A model generated the notes under the pieces. That model searched no databases and had not been told where the DNA came from. It saw nothing but the letters and a program-made list of their open reading frames with translations. DNA of 63,027 bases, filler included, from Octopus bimaculoides (Eukaryota), in assembly GCF_001194135.2 (NCBI RefSeq). It is 4 parts of 3 records of this genome, joined end to end, with 100 filler letters (N's around TTAATTAATTAA, not from the genome) between each part and the next. Parts side by side here need not be neighbours in the genome. Positions count along the whole stretch, not along the records: positions 40,328 to 60,590 come from NC_068981.1; positions 60,691 to 63,027 come from NC_068984.1; 2 more parts are not named here. One strand, 5' to 3'. Both the position numbers and the translations under genes were made by a program. Positions 52,185-63,027 of this stretch are shown here, one piece after another; within the stretch, counting starts at the first letter, position 1; the number at the start of each line of letters is the position of its first letter.

Positions 52185-52227
52185 ATATATATATATATAT
52201 ATATGTACGCACAAAAATATTTTGCTC

Positions 52228-52350
52228 TATAAGGGTACACGTGTCTGTGGAGTGCTCAGCCACTTGCACGTTAACTTCACGAGTAGGCTGTTCTGTTGGT
52301 CGGATCAACGGGGACCCTTGTCGTCGTAAACGATGGACAGAGTGTCACCA
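52228..52350 (+). mobile_element. Isolated copy of the C/D SINE tail (5' truncated SINE or partner-LINE end)
   Basis: TAAGGGTACACGTGTCTGTGGAGTGCTCAGCCACTTGCACGTTAA. Confidence 0.85.
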
Positions 52351-53030
52351 TAGTAATATTATCTAAGCTGCAAGTTTACATGTAGAGAGGAACACTGAGG
52401 GATCGATTCTAAAGAGTGATGTGTTGCGATTGTTACACTTCGTAATTTTGTTGCATCTTTCGATGTTTCAGCTCCTGCACATATGTCTAGAAACTGTTGT
52501 AGATCTATTATTACCCGTTAAAGGTATATATAAATATACATTTTACAGTATATACGTAATTCAATTTAAAATTAAACACTGACTTCACTAACAACAAGTT
52601 GCCTGAAGGGGATTTTAATACACGACTATTATAAGCTGTCATTCAGTTCTGAATATCTTTACTTCTTATTTGGGAAAATTATTTAAGGTTGGAGTCGAAT
52701 TATTTGTTTGTTCTTTTCCATTTAGCAAGGATCTCATGCTTAAGTGTTCGTTAGTGTCTGGTTTTTATCGATTTATTTCATGTATTTTCTGACTTATTTT
52801 TCTACCTTCTTTTTTTCTGTTTTTGTCTCTTCGTGATCGATTCCATTAAAGATCGGGAAAAATTTTCTTTGCCTTCTGTCGTATACGTTTATACGTTTAT
52901 TTTTCCGATTGATTTACTTAAAATTATGTATTCGTATGTAAGACGTTTGAATAATCTACTTACTATTTCCTTGTAACTACTGTGACTGCTAAATATTTTT
53001 ATTATTTCTTTTTATTATTAGTGTATTTAT

Positions 53031-53205
53031 TAAGGTGGCGAGCTGACAGAATCGTTAGCGCGCTAGTCGAAATGTTTAACTGTCTTTCGCCCGTCGCTAC
53101 GTTTTGAGTTCAAATTCCCTCGGGGTCGACTTTGCCTTTCATCCTTTCAGGGGTCGATAAATTAAGTACCAGTGAAAGACTGGGGTCGATGTAATCGACT
53201 ACTCA
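53031..53205 (+). mobile_element. Nin/Deu-domain SINE
   Basis: GGTGGCGAGCTGACAGAATCGTTAGC...GTCGACTTTGCCTTTCATCCTTTCAGGGGTCGATAAATTAAGTACCAG. Confidence 0.88.
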
Positions 53206-53813
53206 CATTTAGACAGTCTTTCTCTTCTTTTTTGTTCTCGTCCTTTTTTAAGAACACATTTTTCTCGAGTAAAGTTCACAATTTTTTCCTTTTCTTCTTT
53301 TTCAAAAATGTTCATAATAAATTAACTACCTTTTTCCTGAAATTCTAGATGATTGTAACGGCTATGAAAAAATATCAATGTTAGTTTATTGTTGCGTTTG
53401 GGTAAGTCTATGTCTGTATTATTAGACAATTGCAAAGACGAAAAAATTGGTAAACTCTGCAAAAATCCGGTACAAATTCCTCATGGGGCAAAATGTTGCT
53501 TACTTTTTCTCAACCTGATATACCGGCGGCGTCGGAAATGGAATGTGTGGCCCGTTTTGTTGCAGCACCAGTGATGCGAACCCTAATTAGAACTTTCCAG
53601 ATTGTTCACTAAATCCTAATTCAGTTGACTTCCAGAATGGCCACTAGCCTTCTGATACCATTATCGTGAATTCACAGTTTAATTGTTATTTAAATCAGTT
53701 AACGCCGTAGATACTATAATTATTGAAACTGTAACCACAAATTCATTTATGCTGCTATATTTGCTGTGTTTATTAATATTAATGAACAAATCTGCATACA
53801 ATGAGTCGCTGAA

Positions 53814-54850
53814 TGTTAGGACTTCAAATGAGATCCTTTAGTTACATACGTCAAGACTTGTGTGGGAAGGATATTTTTCAGATTAATAAACAAGCACTTC
53901 ACACAGGCACACAGATACAAGCATTTATTCAACAGGCACAAACTAAGGGTCTCCCTTAGTTGGGCACTCAACATAAAAGGTATTTCAAATAACATACGCA
54001 AAACAAGAGAGGAGGCAGGTTGCTCTTGCAGGTTGTACAATAACTGTCCAAGAGGGGCCGACGCGAGACCGACGCGAGGCCGACGCGAGGCCGACGCGAG
54101 ACCGACGCGAGGCCGACGCGAGGCCGAAGAAGTCATCTATGAGCCTACGGTGACACCTAGACATGGTAACTACATTACCGGCAATGTGCAATTCAACAAC
54201 CATGGTAGCAGAATCACCAGCTCTAACGCCGTTGAACCTAGTGCAAACTCCACAGCCAGAGACGATGTCCAGTCCGGTACTAAGTACACAGAGGAGGTAA
54301 CGTAACGGACGACCCCAGTCCCGTCGCCGCAGCCAGATACAATGAGCAGACTAATATCATCGACACCGTGGAAGTAACCGACCCCGCACCCTATGTTACC
54401 CGCAGCGGCACCCATACCACCGCTGGCATCATCAGCACCAACCTTACCAGTACCGCCGGACCAATGCGCCATGATGACAACATCAGCACGGTGACACGAA
54501 CAACATTCCCAGGCCCGGAGCCTACCACAGATACACCAGGGATGTGAATATAGCTAGCACCCAAGCCTGTAAATATATTGGATCGGCCAACACAGCTTTC
54601 AAGCCACGTTTCTGCAACAACCAGTCATCCTGCAGAGCACCAAAAAGACGGTTTTTCACGTCCCTCGCCAGCAATGTGTGACACCTCAAAGATCGAGGGT
54701 CCCCATATGATATCAGGTGGAAGTTCATGGAACGTCCTGGCCCATATATTGATGGGAGCACTCGCTGCAAATCTGTCGCAGAGCGAACCAAAATTCTTTA
54801 AAACCATGTGAAGCCTGGCGCATAAAATAATCGTAAAGATATTTTCTCAA
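53814..54850. mobile_element. Unclassified GC-rich block with LTR-like terminus
   Basis: Abrupt GC rise; minus strand ends AATAAA...GTCCTAACA (TG...CA-type end at 53814); no recognisable gag/pol motif. Confidence 0.4.
54057..54127 (+). repeat. 11-bp minisatellite (R)CCGACGCGAG x6 plus partial unit
   Basis: First base of successive units runs G,A,G,G,A,G,G, giving a 33-bp higher-order period. Confidence 0.95.
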
Positions 54851-55037
54851 AGTGTGTACATTTCAAGTGCTACCTACTAGAAAACTGGGTCTCCCCGTTT
54901 GCTGTTTAAGCTAGTATAAAACCTTAATGAAATAAATCCTTTGTGTAGCTGTGTAAATATTGAGTGAAAAATATATCTACATACACATATATATATACTT
55001 ATGTGTACGTATGCATTTATGTATACACTATACACAA

Positions 55038-55091
<54 letters not shown>

Positions 55092-55283
55092 ACACACACA
55101 CACACGCATATATATATCATATTGCTTCCTAACCACTTGCTTCTATTTACCTTCCATTCATCCTCTGGTGCATGGGTAGATAACCCCTTCTCAATAACCT
55201 TTTTCTCTGTTAGACGTTTGAACATTTTGTCCTTGCGTTATCTCCGCGTTCGCTGGGTGAAAAGTTTAATTTGTCTTTGTAAA

Positions 55284-55344
55284 AAGTCTGATGAGCAGTG
55301 CACAAGGCTGTAGCTTTCGTAGATACGAAACAATTGGTTACTCT
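55284..55344 (+). ncRNA. Weak hammerhead-like candidate
   Basis: AAGT-CTGATGA-G...C-GAAA-CAATTG-GTT-ACT; stem II poorly supported. Confidence 0.3.
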
Positions 55345-55430
55345 ATGACCAGGATTTAACTTTAGTAATTTAATACTTACTGCTCTATTCTTTATAGCGT
55401 GTGCTTCTTATTCTGATATATGTTATATTG

Positions 55431-55464
<34 letters not shown>

Positions 55465-55467
<3 letters not shown>

Positions 55468-55625
55468 TTTTATTTGTTGCAGTCCTTTGACTGCAGCCAT
55501 GGTGGAGCACCGCCTTTAGTCGAACAAATCGTTCCCAGGACTCATTCTTTGTAAGCTTAGTACTTATTCAGCTTCTTTTGCTGAACTGCAAAACGATGGG
55601 AGTGTGGGGAACAAACACAGGCACA
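55465..55625 (-). mobile_element. Family A SINE 3' fragment
   Basis: TTTGACTGCAGCCATGGTGGAGCACCGCCTTTAGTCG. Confidence 0.82.
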
Positions 55626-55649
55626 CAAACATATATATATATGGTAAAT

Positions 55650-55830
55650 CTCCCAAAATGGAAGAACAAACACAAGGAAAAAAGCAACAACGCGACGGCG
55701 TAGTACATGCAAAGTATTAAAAGACGCTCAGGGAAGGAAAGAAAGGAAGTTTTTATGTTCCGAGCATAGCTCTTCTTCAGAAACAGGAGACGGAGGAAAT
55801 CCAAGAGAAAAGGAAGATGGAGGAACAACA
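55650..55830 (-). mobile_element. PLE terminal-repeat-like element with decayed hammerhead at 55749-55784
   Basis: Minus: GTTT-CTGAAGA-A-GAGC TAT GCTC-GGAA-CATA-AAAAC; related to the 13318/15244 family. Confidence 0.58.
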
Positions 55831-57264
55831 GAAGCATATCATTTACGCTTATTCGTACTTACGTGTGTGCGTGTTTGTGTGTGTGTATGCACACATAGTA
55901 TATATGTATATCATATAAAATGCATATCGGAATGGAGAGGAGGAGGGAGAGAGAGGGAGAGAGAGGGAGAAAGAGAGAGGAGGAGAAACATAATCGGTTC
56001 GTATGTTAAATACATAGATAAAAAGTCAGATAGATAGACAGATTGATGCATATACATATACACTTAAACATCTACGCAGACATAGACACACACATATATA
56101 TGCATATAGCTATATATGTGTCTTTGTGTCTTGTGTGCGTGTCTGAGTATGTGCATTTGTACGTGTGTGCGTGTTTACGTATTTGTGTATAAGTGTGTCT
56201 GTGTTTGTACGTTCGCGCGTGCGAGAGTGTGTTTCTTGATTGTAACGGTACACTGAACCAGACGTAGACATGTTATGCTTTCCATCTTATCCTGGCCACT
56301 GCATTCTTTTTTAGTATTAGTGAAACATGAGTTAATTATTTCCGGTTGTATTTATCGCATCTCAGTCCAATGACTATACTTATTGAAGGAGCAACAGAAA
56401 GTTTTCTGCCATATAAATTGCACAAAAATATGTCAGAAGACATTTTCACTAAAAGAAAAACAATGAAGAAGAAACAATCACTTTCAAAACGGCTTTTGGC
56501 AATATAACTTTTAGCTAATATTCCAATAAGAACAATATTTCTTCTTGTGTCTTTTAATACATTGTTATACACAGACGTGTAACACATTGACATTTAATGG
56601 TGCTTTTGAAAAAGTAATAGCATTTAGATCTAGGCGAATGAGTCTTTATCGTAAAATAACATTCTGCACAATGTTATTACAAAGTTGTTTTAGATATGTT
56701 ATTTTTTGTTTTTGGTTTTGAAAGAGAATGTTGTTAAAGAATATGACAATATACTATATTAAGCACTGTATAGATATGCTTGGAAGTAGATTTAAATTAC
56801 GGACGTAGTTTCGATCTGAGATTAAAGCGATTTACTCTTTTCACCTTGGGAAAGCCAATATTTATATTGTGATATACGACCACAGTTCTATGATTGAATC
56901 AACTGAAAGTTATCTTAAAATAAAATATAAAATTTGGTGGAAGCCGATTCATATAACCAAGGACATTGTGAACAAATTGTACGCATAAAACTTAGAGAGA
57001 TCCCAACTACATTTTTGCAATGTTATCTGTCGTTTATTGCTATCGAAACGGCTACGTCCCAATGTAATTAATTTACGGATCGTTTCCACTGCACGGTGAT
57101 TCGGAAAAAATATAAGAAGGTTATTAAATTCCCTAATCACCGTACTCACTCATCATTAAGCACGACGTATCGATGACTATCTGTTGAACATCGTTTAGAG
57201 TGATGAACATTGATAAAGAAAAGTCAAGCTATCTATATTTTTTTTAATAGTAATTGAGCAATAT

Positions 57265-57430
57265 ATGCGCAGGACTGGCTGTATGGTAAGTAGCTTGCTT
57301 ACCAACCACATGGTTCCGGGTTTAGTCTCACGGCGTGGCACCTTGGGCCAGTGTCTTCTACTATAGCATCGAGCCGACCAAAGTCTTTTGAGTGGATTTG
57401 GTAGACGGAAACTAAAAGCAGCCCGTCGTG
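57265..57430 (+). mobile_element. Family A SINE 5' half, running into a gap
   Basis: GCGCAGGACTGGCTGTATGGTAAGTAGCTTGCTTACCAACCACATGGTTCC...GGTAGACGGAAACT. Confidence 0.9.
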
Positions 57431-58038
57431 TGTGTGTTTGTGTATATATATNNNNNNNNNNNNNNNNNNNNNNNNNNNNNNNNNNNNNNNNNNNNNNNNN
57501 NNNNNNNNNNNNNNNNNNNNNNNNNNNNNNNNNNNNNNNNNNNNNNNNNNNNNNNNNNNNNNNNNNNNNNNNNNNNNNNNNNNNNNNNNNNNNNNNNNNN
57601 NNNNNNNNNNNNNNNNNNNNNNNNNNNNNNNNNNNNNNNNNNNNNNNNNNNNNNNNNNNNNNNNNNNNNNNNNNNNNNNNNNNNNNNNNNNNNNNNNNNN
57701 NNNNNNNNNNNNNNNNNNNNNNNNNNNNNNNNNNNNNNNNNNNNNNNNNNNNNNNNNNNNNNNNNNNNNNNNNNNNNNNNNNNNNNNNNNNNNNNNNNNN
57801 NNNNNNNNNNNNNNNNNNNNNNNNNNNNNNNNNNNNNNNNNNNNNNNNNNNNNNNNNATAGAATTGACATCTTTATTGTAGTGACCGTTAAAATTTTTTT
57901 AACTGGAAAATATTTATGCGGTGTGGGCAAGACATCATTATCTCAGTGTGTGATATAAAAAATTTTATGCTCACTACATAAAATATGTGGACACTAAATT
58001 AATTGTTATCGCTAATGCGAATGTGTCCCTGCCCTTTA

Positions 58039-58070
<32 letters not shown>

Positions 58071-59082
58071 GAAGAAGAAGAAGAAGAAGAAGAAGAAGAA
58101 GAAGAAGAAGAAGAAGCTTAATAGAAGTTACTATCTAGGGCAAATATGGTGTAGGCTACGGTCCGTTGAGGGGGTACACAGAGGCTGAAACACTTTCCGA
58201 TTTATCTCTCGTGCTTGTTTAACATATTCAGACATTAATTCTTTATAAACAGTTGAGGTAGTATTAATTTGTAATAGTCATCTATGTATCCTACTGTATA
58301 CACCCTGTCAATAAGATAGTTACTGCAGTATAGTCCTGACATAACTTTCCTTATGGATGTAAATTGTCAAAAGCATTAAACATCAGAGTTAGACGATCAT
58401 TTGTTCCATTAATGGCCAGCAGAAACACCAGATGCATTTAGAATGCTTTACGCCTTTTCAAAGTCACGCACTCTCAACCAGTCACGTGTTTTGTTTCTAA
58501 CACAGCACACCCATCAGAGATGCTATCTCTGGATAGATATCGCAGTTCTTCGTCTATCGTCTGTGTTGTATGCACATTAAGTATCCTACATATCTGGCTA
58601 ATTAAAATAGTATTTATCGTTGAAATAAAAGTTGTTTTCCATGCTATATAATAATTTCTAATTTTAGTTTTAATATTAATTTGATTAAATCGGTTAACAC
58701 TAATGTAACTTATTTCATACGAGTGGTGTCTCTGAGTACTTAAATACAGTTGTTTAAAAAGATATAGTACCAATTTTCATGATTCCTTGTGTCCATTATT
58801 TTGTATCTAGTAATATTAAGTCTATAGTCAGGTGTAGAGTTACTAAATGCCCCAGTTAGCTCCCATTATTTGCAACATTATTAAAATAATATTAACCACT
58901 GACATAAAGTTATATTTTCTACGTTATATGATTATGTTTAATTTTCGATTTCAAACATGATATCAGATGTGTTAACACTAACTTAACTTACGTTTCTATT
59001 CAAATGGTGGCTCTACTTGTCTTACATTCCAACTTCTTTCTCAGTTGTGTCAACTTTGTAGCTCGAAGGCAGAATGTATATA

Positions 59083-59453
59083 CTCTTTTACTCATTTACT
59101 TGTTTCAATTATTTGACTGCCGCCATGCTGGAGCACCGCCTTTAGACGAGCAAATCGACCCCAGGACTTATTCTTTGTAAACCTAGTACTTATTCTATCG
59201 GTTACTTTTGCTGAGCCGCTAAGTTACGGGGACATAAACACACCAGCATCGTTTGTCAATCGATGTTGGTGAGACACACGTACATATATACGACGGGCTT
59301 CTTTCAGTTTCCGTCTACCAAATCCACTCACAAGGCTTTGGTCGGCCCGAGGCTATAGTAGAAGACACTTGCCTAAGGTGCTACGCAGTGGAAATGAAAT
59401 CGGAACCATGTGGTTGGTAAGCAAGCTACTTACCACACAGCTACTCCTGCGCC
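59083..59453 (-). mobile_element. Full-length family A CORE-like SINE
   Basis: Complete from GGCGCAGGAGTAGCTGTGTGG to GAAACAAGTAAATGAGTAAAAGAG; no TSD visible. Confidence 0.93.
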
Positions 59454-60165
59454 TTTTGTACAATATTGCTGGAATAAACTCCACATCGTACAGATGATTT
59501 AACTCTCGTGGGGCGGACAAAAGAAAAAAAAATCAGGAGGTTTTTGTGGTAATCGTAATATTCAACGTCTGCTAAGCCGTTGATTTTACTTTGACCGAAC
59601 GACCTCTAGGGTGCTTGAATTTTCAAAAAGTATGTACTGGATGGTGACGGTAAAAAGGTTTATCATTTTATCGTAGTTTTCAAACAAATGTGATATTACA
59701 CTAAACAACAACTATCGGCTGGAGACATAATATTATGTGTTATATATTCATTCAAGCAGGAGTTGAAAATCTAATCTTTTCAGTGAAGTTCTTGTAAAAG
59801 CAAAATATTTTCTTTACCCTCCTGTTTAAGAAGATATACTAAATATTTCAACTCATTGTAAACAATTTAAGTCATGTTGAAAGCAATTTCTTTTCACTCA
59901 TAAATACTCATACAAGCAGATGTGAGTTGAGACACGAATTATCACTTTCTCTCTAGTTACTGTATGTTCATGAGTACGCATATGTATGGCGTAAGTATAC
60001 CGTTCAGGCAATTTCTCTGTCTGTCTATTACACACACACACACACACAAACACACACATGCGCATGCGTACTTGTTAATATATACATACGCACACACCTT
60101 ATACCCTTATTTCACTATATATCTATATCTATTTGTTAAAGTATATATATATGTATGTATGTATG

Positions 60166-60210
<45 letters not shown>

Positions 60211-60422
60211 ACGTATATATGTACATATATATATATACACATATACTTACATACAGATACGCACACACACATATATGTGTGTATGTGTGCGTGTATAGGT
60301 ATTTTCTGTATAAGTAATTTTCTATGTGTATTCGCATAGATATTACACAGGCATACCTATACACCTATGTACATAAAAAGACGAGTGATAATACACATAC
60401 CCACATAGGTATTAATGCGTCA

Positions 60423-60453
<31 letters not shown>

Positions 60454-60690
60454 CACACAAACTCACAGACAAGCAGGCACACATAAACAAAGGCACACAC
60501 ACACAAACACATACACACAAGCACTTTTCCTTGATATACGTGTGCAAAAGTGTACGAATATACATATATATATATACATATATATATATANNNNNNNNNN
60601 NNNNNNNNNNNNNNNNNNNNNNNNNNNNNNNNNNTTAATTAATTAANNNNNNNNNNNNNNNNNNNNNNNNNNNNNNNNNNNNNNNNNNNN

Positions 60691-60723
<33 letters not shown>

Positions 60724-61040
60724 TCACTCACTCACTCACACACACAGAGCCTGGTGTTGTGCCCTTGGGGTGGTGCTTTGTCCCCCACCGCGCTTGACAA
60801 CTGATGTTCATATGTTTACTTTTCTGTAACATTAGCAGTTGTGCAATAGAGACCGCTTGAATGAATACCAGGCTTTAAAAAGAAGTTACTGAATCCAATC
60901 GCTCTCCTAATACCCTTCAAGGTTTTGCCCCAGCACGACTGCAATCTAATGATTGCAAAATATAAGCCATTAAAGGTATATATACATAGAGTATATATAT
61001 TATGTGTGTGTGTATGTATATGTATATGTATACATATATA

Positions 61041-61688
61041 CATATATAAGAGGAATAACCATCAAAGTAGATTCCTAATATGCTAGAAGAAGACGCAAAA
61101 TCGTCTTACCATGAAGAATGTGTTCTCAAGTAATTTCAGCAAACACCAGAAAGACAAAGAGCAAGACAAATGAAATGATACACAATTTGGCAATACACTA
61201 CGTACCTAGATTTCGCTATTAACATTCACAAATGTAAATGTCCGTAATTCATCAGTGCTGCCGTTGCATGGAAAAAATAATTCACAGAACTAGACACAAG
61301 AGGTCCTCCCGAAAGAGAACGTGTATAAAGTGCTGCCAATTATATTTGAGGGTATATTTCAAATGTCTTCATTTTGGCGCGCTAAAACCGGAAAGAAGTT
61401 TGCAGCTAATAAATTTCCGCAGCGAATTTACTGGTTAGAGAACATAGTTAGTTAAAAGTTAAATACTCTGGGTAGAAATAAATCATTAATTGATATCAAT
61501 TTAAATCTGTGGTCTAGCATACTTAAAAAATCCGAAGATTAAGAAATGATATTACACACATATATAAGAGGAATAACCACCAAGGTGGATTCCTAATATG
61601 CTAGAAGAAGAGAGCAAATCGTCTTATCGCGAAGAATGTTCTCAAGAAATTTCAGCAAACGCCAGAATGTAAAACGAGCAAGACAAAT
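61041..61688 (+). repeat. About 130-bp diverged direct repeat at 61041-61171 and 61559-61688
   Basis: CATATATAAGAGGAATAACCA.CAA.GT.GATTCCTAATATGCTAGAAGAAGA...GAGCAAGACAAAT twice, offset 518 bp. Confidence 0.88.
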
Positions 61689-62313
61689 ATGTGTNNNNNN
61701 NNNNNNNNNNNNNNNNNNNNNNNNNNNNNNNNNNNNNNNNNNNNNNNNNNNNNNNNNNNNNNNNNNNNNNNNNNNNNNNNNNNNNNNNNNNNNNNNNNNN
61801 NNNNNNNNNNNNNNNNNNNNNNNNNNNNNNNNNNNNNNNNNNNNNNNNNNNNNNNNNNNNNNNNNNNNNNNNNNNNNNNNNNNNNNNNNNNNNNNNNNNN
61901 NNNNNNNNNNNNNNNNNNNNNNNNNNNNNNNNNNNNNNNNNNNNNNNNNNNNNNNNNNNNNNNNNNNNNNNNNNNNNNNNNNNNNNNNNNNNNNNNNNNN
62001 NNNNNNNNNNNNNNNNNNNNNNNNNNNNNNNNNNNNNNNNNNNNNNNNNNNNNNNNNNNNNNNNNNNNNNNNNNNNNNNNNNNNNNNNNNNNNNNNNNNN
62101 NNNNNNNNNNNNNNNNNNNNNNNNNNNNNNNNNNNNNNNNNNNNNNNNNNNNNNNNNNNNNNNNNNNNNNNNNNNNNNNNNNNNNNNNNNNNNNNNNNNN
62201 NNNNNNNNNNNNNNNNNNNNNNNNNNNNNNNNNNNNNNNNNNNNNNNNNNNNNNNNNNNNNNNNNNNNNNNNNNNNNNNNNNNNNNNNNNNNNNNNNNNN
62301 NNNNNNNNNNNNN

Positions 62314-62364
<51 letters not shown>

Positions 62365-63027
62365 CGTGCGTGTGTGTTCGCACGCGCAAGTGTGCACATA
62401 TAACAAAAATTTTAACAAATGTGAAAGGAAGATAAATAAAAATTCAAAATTCCCTAATATATAGCTAAATTCTTCTAGATCTTTAGGTAACAAAATGTCA
62501 TTCATTTATTGGTGATTACCAACATAAGATCACTCAGCTGCTCCAAACGATTACGAATACACATACATACGCTGATATACATCAGGCCCATCGCCAGACT
62601 TTGATGCCTGGGATACTTCAGAATATTCTTCGTGGGGACTACTCTTTGTAAACTGTGTTTTCTCAATTTGAGGTTGCACCATTGGATAATAAAGTAACAA
62701 TGACTTCCAGTGCACCCCCTTAGCGACGGGTATGGCATACATAAAGGAACACGACCATCCACATATCCTTACGTAAATATAATTCCCAAGCAAAAGAGAA
62801 GAAAAGACAATTGTTAAAGAACTCATTTGAAGGGATGGTGCATTAGGTGAAAAACTTTGCGATTACGTGATTGATGGCTGGATTGACTGATTGATTGATA
62901 AGTGGACTACAACTAATGTGTGTGTTTTAATTGGAAGAAAATTAAAAGTACAAGTTTTAACACGCAGTTTCACATCAAGAATCTTGCGAAAAGAACACCT
63001 ACAAAAAGAGAAACACACACACACACA

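Noticed and set aside
53389-53574. 61-aa ORF, and the 41925-42110 ORF
   Set aside because: No recognisable domain or convincing splice signals.
54057-54127. CRISPR-like repeats (also 27560-27610)
   Set aside because: Contiguous tandem units without spacers, eukaryotic context, no cas genes.

Overview
AT-rich, microsatellite-saturated eukaryotic DNA with many assembly gaps. The SINE repertoire and (TA)n/(CA)n/(TAA)n load suggest an octopus genome (inference). Only one host coding segment is supportable: the first coding exon of a tachykinin-receptor-like class A GPCR on the minus strand (ATG 26301 to splice donor at 25817). It is preceded by a 5'UTR intron and followed by an intron in which I could not find exon 2. 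The rest is decayed mobile DNA: several tRNA-derived SINE families (CORE-like, Nin/Deu-domain, and a modular head/tail-swapping group), CR1-, RTE- and R4/Dong-like LINE fragments, Penelope-like elements (PLEs), mariner, maT (DD37D) and Tigger DNA transposons and MITEs, and an unclassified GC-rich LTR-like block. The most interesting signal is a set of about eight minimal type I hammerhead-ribozyme-like motifs from several repeat families. One lies in a composite PLE whose terminal repeat carries a tRNA-Ser-like Pol III promoter, an inverted duplication and two Dong-like insertions at its (TAA)n tract. All alignments and folds were done by eye and coordinates of decayed repeats are approximate. 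Nearly all ORFs in the supplied track are microsatellite or N-gap artefacts.
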